DNA of 64,000 bases from NCBI GenBank assembly GCA_934476455.1, contig CAKSNY010000001.1:23673-87672 (forward strand). The letters run 5' to 3'. A program made the translations under genes and the position numbers. The notes under the pieces are model-generated. The model saw nothing but the letters and a program-made list of their open reading frames with translations, did no database searches and was not told the DNA's origin. How positions within the stretch are numbered: position 1 is the stretch's first letter; every line of letters starts with the position of its first letter. This document shows positions 54,447-64,000 of the stretch, piece after piece. This DNA comes from an uncultured Clostridia bacterium. Its GTDB lineage: Bacteria > Bacillota > Clostridia > UMGS1883.

Positions 54447-54735
54447 TCTTGTATCTAAACATATGTAATATTCTTTTTCTGAATCGTTCAAAATTGCGGT
54501 ATCCGTAAGCATTTCGCTTTAACACTTTTATCTTGTTGTTGCGTTCTTCAGTAAATCCGTTTGCCTATTTTAAGGCTTTGAAATCCGAACAGAATATAAC
54601 AGCTAAAACTGTAACACTTAATCAATGTGAAATATGCGTTGTTAATCACAACAACGTACGCGTGTTTTTTAATTTTAAAACAAAGTATAAATCTGCCTTT
54701 TTTGTAGTATATTTTTATGAGGAAAGGGGATTTAT

Positions 54736-55818
54736 ATGCGAAAAGTTATTCCGTTGTTTATTATTATAATGAATGTGCTTTCCGTAAGCACATTTGCGAT
54801 AAGCGCCAAAAGTGCGGTTCTGATTGACAGTGCAAGCGGCAGGGTGCTTTTTGAGAAAAATAAGGATGAAAGACTGCCTATGGCAAGCACTACAAAAATA
54901 ATGACGGGGCTTTTGGCATGTGAAAGTAAAAAACTTTCCGAAACTGTAACCGTAAGCCCTGTAGCGGAAGGAACGGAAGGGTCGTCTATTTGGCTTAAAG
55001 CGGGTGAAAAGCTTACGCTTGAAGAATTGTGCTATGGGCTTATGCTTAAAAGCGGAAACGACGCCGCCGTTGCGATAGCGCAGTATTTGTGCGGAAGTGA
55101 GGATGCGTTTGCGCTTGTTATGAACAAGCGTGCGCGTGCGGCAGGTGCAAATAACACGTGCTTTAAAAATCCGAGCGGACTTGACGCGGAGGGACATTTT
55201 ACAACGGCATATGACCTTGCAATGATTAGTAAAAGCGCAATGCAAAATGCCGCTTTCAGAAAAATTGCAGGAACGAAAAACAAAACAATCCCGTGGGAGG
55301 ATTCCGAATGGGACAGAGCGCTTAAAAACCACAACAAGCTTCTATGGCTTTATGAGGGGTGCAACGGCATTAAAACAGGGTTTACCAAAAAAAGCGGAAG
55401 ATGTCTTGTATCTTCGGCGGCGAGGGATAATACAGAGCTTATTGCGGTTACCCTTAACGCGCCCGACGACTGGAACGACCATAAGGCAATGCTTGACGAG
55501 GGGTTTAAAAATTACAGTACAAGAATTATTTATATTAAGGGCGAAAAGGTGACAAAATATGTTTATGACAAAAAAAGGTCAAAAAGAGTTTTGTTAGTGT
55601 CCGAAAACGGGTTTTCAATAGCTGTTAAAAGCGGTGAAACGATAAGCGAAAAAATAGAATATTTGCCGAAAAAACCGCCGCTTAAAAAAGGCGAAACGGG
55701 TGCGATAGTTCACATATATGTAAACGGAAACGAAATATGCACCACGCCGCTGGTGTACAAAAATAATATAGTAACAAAGGATAAGGAGAAAGGGTTTATA
55801 AAAAAGCTTTTCGGTTAA
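54736..55818 (+). CDS. dac: D-alanyl-D-alanine carboxypeptidase (serine-type, PBP5/DacF-like)
   Basis: A signal peptide is present. The SxxK motif is MASTTKIMT, the SxN motif is KSGNDAA and the KTG motif is GIKTGFT. Confidence 0.85.
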   Translation: MRKVIPLFIIIMNVLSVSTFAISAKSAVLIDSASGRVLFEKNKDERLPMASTTKIMTGLLACESKKLSETVTVSPVAEGTEGSSIWLKAGEKLTLEELCYGLMLKSGNDAAVAIAQYLCGSEDAFALVMNKRARAAGANNTCFKNPSGLDAEGHFTTAYDLAMISKSAMQNAAFRKIAGTKNKTIPWEDSEWDRALKNHNKLLWLYEGCNGIKTGFTKKSGRCLVSSAARDNTELIAVTLNAPDDWNDHKAMLDEGFKNYSTRIIYIKGEKVTKYVYDKKRSKRVLLVSENGFSIAVKSGETISEKIEYLPKKPPLKKGETGAIVHIYVNGNEICTTPLVYKNNIVTKDKEKGFIKKLFG

Positions 55819-55830
55819 TCGGCACAGGTA

Positions 55831-55859
55831 TTGACAATAAAGAAACGATTTGCTATAAT
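55831..55859 (+). promoter_or_regulatory. Consensus sigma-A promoter (TTGACA - 17 bp - TATAAT) for trkAH, followed by a ~90-nt leader
   Basis: Perfect -35 and -10 hexamers with a 17-bp spacer, read directly from the sequence. Confidence 0.55.
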
Positions 55860-55951
55860 ACAGGCGGACTTAAGAATATGTACTCGTATATCGGCACATA
55901 TGCTTATGTAACGAATAATCCGAAAACAAATGTAAAATCGAGGGACAGACA

Positions 55952-57310
55952 ATGAATATTATTATAGTAGGCTGCGGTAAAATCGGACAAAAGCTTGTTG
56001 AGGAGTTAAGCTCTGAGGAACATGATATTACCGCGGTCGATTTGCGCCCGGGCGTAATTCGGGATCTTACCGGAAAATACGACGTTATGGGGGTAACCGG
56101 AAACGGCGCCGTGATAGACGTTTTGGAGGAGGCAGGCGTTACGGATGCAGACATTCTTATTGCCGTAACGGGGTCTGACGAGATAAACCTTCTCACGTGC
56201 CTTATAGCGAGAAAGGCGGGCGGCTGCCGCACGATAGCACGCGTGCGAAATCCGGAATACAGCAAGGAAATAAGCATATTTAAAGAAGATTTGGGTCTTG
56301 CAATGATTATAAACCCCGAGCTTACAGCGGCAAACGAAATAGCAAGGATATTAAGATTTCCCTCTGCAATACAGATAGATACGTTTGCAAAGGGCAGGGT
56401 TGAAATACTAAAGTTCAGAATACCCGAGGGCAGCATTTTGGACCAGCTGAAAATTGTAGATGTGGGGCGCAATCTGAAATGCGACGTTTTAATATGCGGG
56501 GTAGAGCGCGGAAACGACGCCTTTATTCCCGACGGAAGCTTTGAACTTCGCGCGGGGGATTTTGTGAGCATAGTTGCCTCTATAAAAAACGGGCAGTTTT
56601 TCTTTAAAAAGATAGGGATAAAGTCCGGCAGTGTAAAAGACGCGATGATTGTAGGCGGCGGAGCTACGGGATATTATCTTGCACATAAGCTTTTGCAGAC
56701 GGGAATAGCCGTAAAAATAATAGATAACAGTGCGGCGCGCTGTGACGAACTGTGCAGACTTTTGCCGCGCGCAACAGTTATAAACGGCGACGGAACAGAT
56801 GCGTCTGTTCTTATTGAAGAAGGTGTTGAAAATGCGGGCGCGGTTGTTGCACTTACGGGCATTGACGAAGAAAACATTCTTTTATCGCTTTTTGCAAAGA
56901 GCAGGTCAAATGAAAACGCCAAAGTTGTTACAAAGCTTAACCGCATTTCATATGACGAGGTAATAAGTGCGCTTAACCTTGACACAATAATTTATCCGAA
57001 AAATATTACGGCAGAATACATTGTACGTTTTGTGCGTGCAAAAAATAACTCCGTGGGCGATATAGAAACAATGCACTTTATTCTTGACGGTAAGGCGGAA
57101 GCGCTGGAATTCAGGGTTAATAAGGCATGCTCACTTACGGATATTCCGCTTGAAAAACTGAAGCTTAGGAAGAACATTCTTCTTGCATGTATCAACAGAA
57201 ACGGAAATATCATAATTCCGCGCGGACATGATGTGATAAAGATTGGCGATACCGTGATAATAGTAACAACAAATACCGGAATACAGCAGATTTCCGACAT
57301 CGTTGAGTAA
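55952..57310 (+). CDS. trkA: Trk potassium uptake system NAD-binding protein TrkA (two RCK domains)
   Basis: MNIIIVGCGKIGQKL and a second IVGGGATGYYLA Rossmann motif give a duplicated RCK architecture of ~450 aa. Confidence 0.85.
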   Translation: MNIIIVGCGKIGQKLVEELSSEEHDITAVDLRPGVIRDLTGKYDVMGVTGNGAVIDVLEEAGVTDADILIAVTGSDEINLLTCLIARKAGGCRTIARVRNPEYSKEISIFKEDLGLAMIINPELTAANEIARILRFPSAIQIDTFAKGRVEILKFRIPEGSILDQLKIVDVGRNLKCDVLICGVERGNDAFIPDGSFELRAGDFVSIVASIKNGQFFFKKIGIKSGSVKDAMIVGGGATGYYLAHKLLQTGIAVKIIDNSAARCDELCRLLPRATVINGDGTDASVLIEEGVENAGAVVALTGIDEENILLSLFAKSRSNENAKVVTKLNRISYDEVISALNLDTIIYPKNITAEYIVRFVRAKNNSVGDIETMHFILDGKAEALEFRVNKACSLTDIPLEKLKLRKNILLACINRNGNIIIPRGHDVIKIGDTVIIVTTNTGIQQISDIVE

Positions 57311-57322
57311 GGAAGTGCCGAT

Positions 57323-58759
57323 ATGAACTACAGGGTTATCTCTCATACACTCGGTTGGGTGGCGATTGTTGAGGCGGCGTGTATGGCGCTTCCGCTTATT
57401 TGTGCGGCAATTTACGGCGAAGCTTGCATAAAAAGCTTTGCGATTTGTATTTTGCTGTGCCTTGCGGTGGGATTTTTGCTTACGCGCGGAAAAATCGTGC
57501 GCCGCGAAATGTATGCGCGTGACGGTTTTGTAACGGTTGCGGCAAGCTGGATTATGATAAGCATATTGGGGGCGATGCCGTTTATGCTTATTTTAAAGGA
57601 CTTTGCATTTGCGGACGCTCTTTTTGAAACGGTGTCGGGCTTTACGACAACAGGTGCGTCAATATTAAACGATGTGGAGGCGCTTCCGAAATCGCTTTTG
57701 TTTTGGCGAAGCTTTACACACTGGATAGGCGGAATGGGCGTGCTTGTATTTTTGGTAGCACTGCTGCCGCTTTCGGGGGGTACGAATATGTACCTTATTA
57801 AGGCGGAAAGCCCGGGTCCATCCGTAAGCAAGCTTGTACCGAAGGTTCGTTCAACCGCAAAAATACTTTATCTTATTTATATTTTTATGACGGCAGTGCA
57901 GATTATACTGCTGCTTATAGGCGGAATGAAGCCGTTTGACGCTCTGACGCTTTCTTTCGGTACGGCAGGTACCGGCGGATTTGGTATTAAAAATTCAAGC
58001 ATTGCGGATTATTCTACGTATTCGCAGTGGGTAATAACAATATTTATGATATTGTTCGGTATTGATTTTTCGGTTTACCACAGCCTTTTTATACGCAGAT
58101 TTTCGTCTGCCATCCGTTCGGAGGAGGTGCGGGTGTATCTTCTTACAATAGCGGCGGCAACGGCTGTTATTATGTATAATTGCCGCGGCCTTTTTGAAGG
58201 CTTTTTCGACGCACTGCGCCACAGCGCATTTCAGGTGGCGTCTGTTATCACTACTACGGGGTACTCTACCGCTGATTTTGACAAATGGCCCGAGCTTTCA
58301 AAAACAGTGCTGCTTTTGCTTATGTTTATAGGTGCATGTGCGGGAAGCACGGGCGGCGGTATAAAGGTTTCCCGCGTGATTGTTATGTTTAAAAGCATAG
58401 TGAAAGAGGTAAAGATTGCGGCACACCCCAAAAGTACGCACAAGCTTCAGCTGAGCGGCAGACCTGTAGAACACGAAACGCAGCGTTCGATAAATGTATT
58501 TTTTGCCGCATATATAGTAATTTATGTTGTATCGCTGCTTGTTATAAGCATTGATAATTTCGATTTTACAACAAATTTTTCCGCCGTTGTTGCAACGTTT
58601 AACAATATAGGACCGGGATTTTCCAAGGTTGGACCGACTATGAACTTTTCTGCGTACAGCACGCTTTCTAAAGTTGTTTTAACATTTGATATGCTTGCAG
58701 GCAGACTGGAAATTTTCCCGCTTTTGGTGTTCTTTGCACCATACACATGGAAAAAATAA
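57323..58759 (+). CDS. trkH: Trk/Ktr family potassium transporter membrane subunit (TrkH)
   Basis: Polytopic membrane protein with selectivity-filter-like motifs (GFTTTGASI, GTAGTGGFG). It lies immediately downstream of trkA. Confidence 0.85.
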   Translation: MNYRVISHTLGWVAIVEAACMALPLICAAIYGEACIKSFAICILLCLAVGFLLTRGKIVRREMYARDGFVTVAASWIMISILGAMPFMLILKDFAFADALFETVSGFTTTGASILNDVEALPKSLLFWRSFTHWIGGMGVLVFLVALLPLSGGTNMYLIKAESPGPSVSKLVPKVRSTAKILYLIYIFMTAVQIILLLIGGMKPFDALTLSFGTAGTGGFGIKNSSIADYSTYSQWVITIFMILFGIDFSVYHSLFIRRFSSAIRSEEVRVYLLTIAAATAVIMYNCRGLFEGFFDALRHSAFQVASVITTTGYSTADFDKWPELSKTVLLLLMFIGACAGSTGGGIKVSRVIVMFKSIVKEVKIAAHPKSTHKLQLSGRPVEHETQRSINVFFAAYIVIYVVSLLVISIDNFDFTTNFSAVVATFNNIGPGFSKVGPTMNFSAYSTLSKVVLTFDMLAGRLEIFPLLVFFAPYTWKK

Positions 58760-58878
58760 AAATAGGGGCATGCAGCAAAACAGTGCAGCCCCACAAGCAG
58801 ATAATTATAAAAATTTTTTAAATATGCATAATTGTGATAGAAAAACGCACATTGCGGTGATACAATCAAGCCGGACAG

Positions 58879-59682
58879 TTAAACAGAGTTTCTGTATTTA
58901 AGGGGTGATATTCCGTAGCAGCCCGTAAACAGCTTGCCAAAATATGAAAAGCTTGAAAATCCCGTTTGAAGTGCTATTTCAGAAATCGAAAGGCGGGTGC
59001 TTTTTATAAGCTCCGCCGCTTTTTTTATGCGGAGATTGTTGGTAAATTCTACAACGGTGTAACCGGTAGCTGCCTTGAAAAGCCGAGTCAGGCGGCTTAC
59101 AGATATTCCGCAATGAACGGATATGTCGGACAGGGAAAATTTTTCACTGTAGTGTGCGTTTATGTAGGAAACAACGTCGGTAATTTCGGGCGGACAACTG
59201 TTCACAGCCACCGCCGAGCTTTTGCACAGTCTGTAAAATTCAATAAAGACCTTTGTTACAAGTGAGGATAACGCCTCGTCGCGAAGGGGATTTTCCGTTT
59301 CACATTCGCGGCATATTTCGCCTAACAGAAAGCGAAATATGTGCTGCGTTTGTGCGTCGGGCAAAAAGCAGCCGCCGCCGCAAAAGGCAGACGCAATTTG
59401 CGGAAAGCTTTTTTCGAGAATTGATTTTTTTATGCAGATTACAAAGCGCGTATGCGGGGCGTTGCAGTCGGAAAAGGAGCGGTGCATTGTTTCGCCGTCA
59501 ACAAAAGCGAGAGAGCCGCCGGAAAGCGGGTAGACCTTGTCGTTTATGTAAAACAGGCGCGAGCCGCCTGTAAGAAAGTACAGCTCGTATTCATTGTGAA
59601 AATGCGGTTTGTGCATATTAAATTGGGTGGGCGCTTTGCTGTTGTACAAAATGCGCACACCGTTATGAATATATGTTCTCAC
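58879..59682 (-). CDS. AraC-family transcriptional regulator (cupin-type N-terminal domain + HTH), soluble
   Basis: Start trimmed to the GTG after GAGGTG (VRTYIHNGVRI ...). The cupin-like region is PHFHNEYELYFLTGG. The C-terminal HTH is SDISVHCGISVSRLTRLFK ... GFSSFSYFGKLFTGCYGISPLKYR. It is transcribed divergently from the 59770 gene. Confidence 0.8.
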   Translation of the reverse strand: MRTYIHNGVRILYNSKAPTQFNMHKPHFHNEYELYFLTGGSRLFYINDKVYPLSGGSLAFVDGETMHRSFSDCNAPHTRFVICIKKSILEKSFPQIASAFCGGGCFLPDAQTQHIFRFLLGEICRECETENPLRDEALSSLVTKVFIEFYRLCKSSAVAVNSCPPEITDVVSYINAHYSEKFSLSDISVHCGISVSRLTRLFKAATGYTVVEFTNNLRIKKAAELIKSTRLSISEIALQTGFSSFSYFGKLFTGCYGISPLKYRNSV

Positions 59683-59769
59683 AATAAACACCTCACATTC
59701 TTTAGAAATGGTAACACAAATAATATAAATAGTCAAGCATCAGAAATTTACTGTAAGGAGAGTAGGATT

Positions 59770-60540
59770 ATGGAAAATGTGTTTTTAGGAACAATTGCAT
59801 TGGAAAAAAACCGCTGGGCAGAGGGCAGAATACCGACAATAAAAGCGAGCGACTACGTAAAAAGAGCGCTCGACAGCGGCTTTGCGGGTATGGAGCTGTG
59901 GGAAAACCATTATCTGCTTGCGGATGGTGCGGAAAAGAAAAAGCTTTGCGATAGCGGCGCGGTTCGTATTTTTAACAGCTATTTATCGCTTAAGGAAGGG
60001 CTTACAGATAATTTAAAAAGCGTTGCGGAAGCAGTGCGTGCGCTCGGTGCGGATTTTATTAAGTATAATTATTCCCTGCGCGATTTTGACTCTGAGCCGG
60101 GATATACAAGAAAGGACTATGAAGAACAAACCGACACGCTTTTGCGCTTTGCAGAGCTTTTGCCCGCAAATGTAAAGCTTTTATGCGAATGTCATGCAAA
60201 TACACTTATGGAAAAGCCGGAAATTGCGGGAGAGGTATTTAAACACCTTGACGAAAGGTTTGGCGCAATTATACACCTTTCGGCAGAGCGTACGCTTGCG
60301 GAAGGATGTTTCAGATGCTACGGCAAACGCATATGCCATATACATACAGCGTACAGAAGCAAAGAAAAAAGGTTTGAGCTTTTGGAAAGTGCGGATGCGC
60401 TTTTGCGCGGAAATATGCAGTATTTTAAAAAATGCGGATTTTGCGGCAGCGCAACCGTAGAGTTTACAAAGGAGGACGGCGGTGCTGAGGCAGCGTATGA
60501 AAATGCACTGAAAGATATGAGATATATCAAAAGTTTATAA
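59770..60540 (+). CDS. Sugar phosphate isomerase/epimerase-like (xylose-isomerase-like TIM barrel) protein
   Basis: Start at the ATG after AAGGAGAG. ~256 aa with composition and spacing of acidic and His residues (ELWENHY, CECHANT, IHLSAE) suggestive of the TIM-barrel AP-endonuclease-2/isomerase superfamily. Weak assignment. Confidence 0.35.
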   Translation: MENVFLGTIALEKNRWAEGRIPTIKASDYVKRALDSGFAGMELWENHYLLADGAEKKKLCDSGAVRIFNSYLSLKEGLTDNLKSVAEAVRALGADFIKYNYSLRDFDSEPGYTRKDYEEQTDTLLRFAELLPANVKLLCECHANTLMEKPEIAGEVFKHLDERFGAIIHLSAERTLAEGCFRCYGKRICHIHTAYRSKEKRFELLESADALLRGNMQYFKKCGFCGSATVEFTKEDGGAEAAYENALKDMRYIKSL

Positions 60541-60547
60541 TTAAAGC

Positions 60548-60590
60548 GGGGATGTAAAAAAGCAAACGGGCTTTTTAACATCCCGTTTTG
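60548..60590 (+). terminator. Hairpin (cggggatgtaaaaaagc / gctttttaacatcccg) + T-rich tail downstream of 59770..60540
   Basis: Imperfect ~16-bp inverted repeat followed by ttttgttt. Confidence 0.45.
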
Positions 60591-61027
60591 TTTGAGGGGA
60601 TAGGAAAAAAGCTCCAGAACGGACAAACTGAATCCGAAGATGTATATAACAGGGCATCCCGAAAACCAAAGGTTTTTGGGAAAAAGGAGAAACAGCGTAA
60701 TGAGTGAACAGCAAATTGAAATTTGCTGCGAACGATACATCGCTGATTTCGACGCCCGAGAGATGAAGTTTGTTCGTAGCAAAAAGCTTATAAATACTGA
60801 AAAATCGAATATAATGAGATTTTTCTACCAAAATCGAGTTTTTAAACTGTTTTGCAGTTACAAATCTTTAATTATAATTGCTTTTTGCGTTCTGGGCTTT
60901 TTAACATCCCCGTTTCTTAGCAGATAATTATAAAATATATATATTTGGGCGAAATTATGATAGAAAATAGAAAAATCCGATGTTAAAATTATTGTAAATA
61001 ATATGCGGAAGAGGAGCTGATAATGGC

Positions 61028-62374
61028 ATGGCGGATGAATTTAAGGTCTTTAACTACAAAACCGAGGAACAAATTCTTGAAAAAATGAAGGAGCTTTCAA
61101 TAGATATTCCTTTTGAAAGTGATGTTTCAATTTTAAAACAAGGTATATCTATAGGTAAAAAAAATCTGAAAAACCGTATGCTGGTAAATCCGATGGAGGG
61201 GTGCGATTCTAACCCCGACGGGTCGCCGACAGAGTTTGTGTATCGCAGATACGAGAGGTTTGCCAAAGGCGGCAGCGCCCTTTTGTGGGTGGAGGCATGC
61301 GCCGTGTGCAGGGAGGGGCGCGCAAATCCGCGGCAGATGCATATAAACAGCGAAAATGTGCAGGAATTTAAAAAGCTTGTCGGACATATAAAAAAATGTG
61401 CCGATAATGACGTGTACACAGTTTTGCAGCTTACACATTCGGGAAGATATGCAAAGCCGGGTGAGGGTATGCCGGCTGTTATAGCATACCATAACGAACA
61501 TCTTGACAGATTTTTGCCGGAAAACGTTCACGTAATTACAGATGAAGAGGTACAAGCACTTGAGAACAAATATGCGGAAGCGGCGGTTTTGGCAAAAGAA
61601 GCAGGGTTTGACGCAGTAGATATTAAATGCTGCCACCGCTACCTTTTAAGTGAATTTTTGTCGGCATACAAGAGAGAGGGGCGCTACGGCGGCAGCTTTG
61701 AGAACAGAACGCGCATTCTGTTTAATATTATAAAAAAAGTTAAGGAAAAAACGGATATAGATATTGTTGTAAGGCTCGGCGCATATGACGAAATACCGTA
61801 TCCGGACGGGTTCGGTGCAGATAAAGAGGATTTTCACCGTGTAGATTTAACCGAAACAAAAATTATTGCAAAAACACTTTACGGGCTTGGCGTAAAGCTT
61901 ATAAATGTTACAGGCGGCAACCCGTATTATAATCCCCATGTAAACAGACCCTATGATGCCGGTCCTTATATACCCAAAAATAACCAGATTAATTACATAT
62001 ACAAGCTGTTTAACGCCGCCCGCGAAATAAAGGCAGAGGTTCCGGAGATAACGGTATCTGCAAGCGGCTTTACATGGCTTCGCGAATTTGCCGCAAATTT
62101 TGCCGCCGGATGTATAAAAGAAGGCTGGTTTGATATGGCAGGCTTTGGCAGGCAGGCATTTGCATATCCCGATTTTGCAAAGGATATTATACAAAACGGC
62201 AAAATGGACAGAAAAAAATGTTGCGCTGCGTGCAGCAAGTGCACCGTAATGATGCGCGACAAAAACGTTGCGGGCTGCGCAGTGCGTGACAGCGAGGTGT
62301 ACCTTCCGATATACAAAAAGGGCAGGGAGGGTAAACCAAGCGCCACAAGTACACAAATAAGGGAAAGCTTATAA
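61028..62374 (+). CDS. NADH:flavin oxidoreductase (Old Yellow Enzyme family) with C-terminal Cys-rich segment
   Basis: The order of motifs matches the OYE family (RMLVNPMEG ... ALLWVEACAV ... QLTHSGRY). The C-terminal CCAACSKCTVMMRDKNVAGCAV segment is Cys-rich. Confidence 0.55.
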   Translation: MADEFKVFNYKTEEQILEKMKELSIDIPFESDVSILKQGISIGKKNLKNRMLVNPMEGCDSNPDGSPTEFVYRRYERFAKGGSALLWVEACAVCREGRANPRQMHINSENVQEFKKLVGHIKKCADNDVYTVLQLTHSGRYAKPGEGMPAVIAYHNEHLDRFLPENVHVITDEEVQALENKYAEAAVLAKEAGFDAVDIKCCHRYLLSEFLSAYKREGRYGGSFENRTRILFNIIKKVKEKTDIDIVVRLGAYDEIPYPDGFGADKEDFHRVDLTETKIIAKTLYGLGVKLINVTGGNPYYNPHVNRPYDAGPYIPKNNQINYIYKLFNAAREIKAEVPEITVSASGFTWLREFAANFAAGCIKEGWFDMAGFGRQAFAYPDFAKDIIQNGKMDRKKCCAACSKCTVMMRDKNVAGCAVRDSEVYLPIYKKGREGKPSATSTQIRESL

Positions 62375-62386
62375 GGAGGAGAAAAA

Positions 62387-63118
62387 ATGAAAACGGCAGT
62401 TATAACAGGTGGTATCGGCGGTATCGGATATGCGATAAGTACGGCACTTTCAAAAAGCGGGTTTAAAACGGTAATATTTGATGTGGCGGATGAAGAAAAG
62501 GCAGCGGAAAAAACGGCACAGTTAAACGAATGTGTATATGTTCGCGGGGATCTTTCAAAGGCAGAGGACAGAGAAGGGCTTGTTTGCCGCGCGGGAAATA
62601 TAGACTTGCTTGTAAACTGCGCCGGCGTTGCCCCGCGCGTTCGGGCAGATATATTAGAGGTTACGGAGGAGGATTTTGACTTTGTAACAAATATAAATAT
62701 TAAGGGAACATTTTTCCTTACGCAGCTTGCCGCAAAAAATATGATTGAAAATAAGACGTGCGGAAGGATTGTAAATATATCTTCCATGAGCGCATATACT
62801 TCTTCCGTAAACCGTCCGCAGTACTGTATATCGAAGGCAGGCGTAAGTATGATAACAAAGCTTTACGCCGACAAGCTGGCAGAATACGGAATAGGGGTGT
62901 ATGAAATACGCCCGGGTATTATAAAAACCGATATGACCAAAACGGTTGAAGGTAAATACGACCGCCTTATAAACGACGAAGGAATTTTGCCGATAAAGCG
63001 CTGGGGCTATCCGGAGGATATTGCAAAAGCTGTTGACGCGATAGCTTTGGGGGCGCTTCCGTACAGCACGGGCGAGGTAATAAACGTAGACGGCGGATTT
63101 CATCTCAGAAGACTGTAG
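62387..63118 (+). CDS. SDR family NAD(P)-dependent oxidoreductase
   Basis: The TGGIGGIGYAI cofactor motif, NISS and the catalytic Y-x3-K (YCISKAG) are present. 243 aa. Confidence 0.8.
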   Translation: MKTAVITGGIGGIGYAISTALSKSGFKTVIFDVADEEKAAEKTAQLNECVYVRGDLSKAEDREGLVCRAGNIDLLVNCAGVAPRVRADILEVTEEDFDFVTNINIKGTFFLTQLAAKNMIENKTCGRIVNISSMSAYTSSVNRPQYCISKAGVSMITKLYADKLAEYGIGVYEIRPGIIKTDMTKTVEGKYDRLINDEGILPIKRWGYPEDIAKAVDAIALGALPYSTGEVINVDGGFHLRRL

Positions 63119-63126
63119 GTAGTGCT

Positions 63127-64000
63127 ATGAAAAAAGATATTTTAAAAATAAACAATAAAGAGGTAGAGGCGTACTGCTTTAATACCGTAATTGTAGGCAG
63201 CGGCGCGGCGGCGTTCGGTGCGGCAGACAGACTGTTTGGTTTCGGACAAGAGGATATTGCAATTGTAACGGAGGATATAAACAGCGGAACAAGCAGAAAC
63301 GCCGGGTCCGACAAACAAACGTATTATAAGCTTTCGCTTTGCGGTGGTGAGGACGACAGTGTGTATAAAATGGCGCAAAATCTTTTTGACGGCGGCGCGG
63401 CAGACGGCGACAACGCCCTGTGCGAGGCAGCGCTTTCGGCACAAAGCTTTTACAGGCTGGCGGAAATAGGCGTTCCTTTTCCGTGCAACAGGTACGGGGA
63501 ATATGTGGGCTATAAAACAGACCACGACCCAAGAAAGCGCGCAACCTCTGCCGGACCGCTCACGTCAAAAATGATGACAGAGACGCTTGAAAGGGAAGTA
63601 ATAAAAAAACAAATTCCGATTTTTTCAAAGCATACTGTTATAAGGATTCTTGAAGAGGAAAAAAAGGCAAAGGGGCTGCTTTGTCTTAAAACGGAAAACA
63701 GCGAAAAAGAAAGTGCCGAATATGTTTTGTTCTTTGCCGTAAACATTATATATGCAACGGGCGGTCCTGCGGGCATATACCGTGACAGCGTTTATCCCAA
63801 AGGGCACCACGGTGCACACGGGTGCGCACTTGAAGCCGGTGTAAAGGCACAAAACCTTACAGAATGGCAGTACGGTATTGCATCAACCAAATTCAGATGG
63901 AATTTATCGGGAACATATCAGCAGGTAATACCCGCGTATATTTCCACCGACGAAAACGGCGGCAACGCGCGCGAATTTTTGGATGAGTACTTTGAAAGCG
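63127..64000 (+). CDS. FAD-dependent oxidoreductase (fumarate reductase/succinate dehydrogenase flavoprotein-like), 3'-partial at window edge
   Basis: The ORF is open to the end of the window. It has an N-terminal dinucleotide-binding motif (VIVGSGAAAFGAA) and HHGAHGCALEAG. Confidence 0.5.
   Translation, partial: MKKDILKINNKEVEAYCFNTVIVGSGAAAFGAADRLFGFGQEDIAIVTEDINSGTSRNAGSDKQTYYKLSLCGGEDDSVYKMAQNLFDGGAADGDNALCEAALSAQSFYRLAEIGVPFPCNRYGEYVGYKTDHDPRKRATSAGPLTSKMMTETLEREVIKKQIPIFSKHTVIRILEEEKKAKGLLCLKTENSEKESAEYVLFFAVNIIYATGGPAGIYRDSVYPKGHHGAHGCALEAGVKAQNLTEWQYGIASTKFRWNLSGTYQQVIPAYISTDENGGNAREFLDEYFES

Noticed and set aside
54533-54769. 78-aa ORF in the dac upstream region, and other internal or antisense ORFs (such as 5881..6492, 10668..11282, 22328..22867, 24298..24927, 51492..52043, 54715..55332, 55870..56571, 61993..62787, 63142..63544)
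   Set aside because: They lie inside or antisense to confidently assigned CDSs, lack ribosome-binding sites and have low-complexity or Arg/Cys-rich composition typical of spurious frames.
55860-55951. Possible c-di-AMP (ydaO-type) riboswitch in the trkA leader
   Set aside because: The leader is only ~90 nt, is AT-rich and lacks the conserved GC-rich pseudoknot and ACGR-type motifs of the ydaO class. It is a plain long 5' UTR at best.
59253-59573. Arg-rich + strand ORFs (59253..59573, 59339..59533, 58966..59265) antisense to the AraC regulator
   Set aside because: The AraC gene on the minus strand has clear cupin + HTH homology. The plus-strand frames are compositionally biased and unsupported.

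Overview
This 64-kb window looks like an accessory carbohydrate-utilisation region of a low-GC Gram-positive, probably a Clostridia-class Firmicute. The guess rests on S-layer homology (SLH) cell-wall anchoring domains, LplABC-type sugar ABC transporters without a local ATPase, lipoprotein binding proteins and AT-rich codon usage. It begins with a truncated serine-recombinase remnant, which suggests a mobile-element scar at the locus edge. It then contains two Gram-positive polysaccharide-utilisation-like loci (gpPULs).

Locus 1 spans roughly 2.3 to 27 kb:
- Membrane-anchored AraC-type regulators.
- A family of secreted proteins sharing an N-terminal discoidin (F5/8 type C)-like module, two of which carry C-terminal SLH triplets.
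- A beta-helix pectate-lyase-superfamily hydrolase with SLH domains.
- A permease-permease-binding-protein ABC transporter.
- A GH2 beta-mannosidase-like enzyme, a GHL6-like TIM-barrel protein, a PMI-type-I-like cupin and an aldose-epimerase-like protein.

Locus 2 spans roughly 27 to 54.4 kb:
- Secreted proteins built from a recurring, unrecognised 'YYDYG' module, one with a central oligogalacturonate-lyase(PL22)-like beta-propeller.
- A binding-protein-permease-permease ABC transporter.
- SLH surface proteins, including two giant paralogs with N-terminal SLH domains that share a ~962-bp near-identical direct repeat.
- A transmembrane sensor AraC regulator.
- An operon of GH31, GH105, a FucI/AraA-family isomerase, a ketose 3-epimerase and a GH36 alpha-galactosidase.

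The 3' end holds housekeeping genes (D-Ala-D-Ala carboxypeptidase, trkA and trkH). Beyond those, a divergent AraC regulator controls an oxidoreductase cluster (TIM-barrel isomerase, OYE-like flavoenzyme, SDR, partial FAD protein). The most novel content is the uncharacterised, catalytic-domain-free SLH and discoidin surface-protein families. The unusual isomerase/epimerase sugar module and the recombinogenic repeat also stand out.
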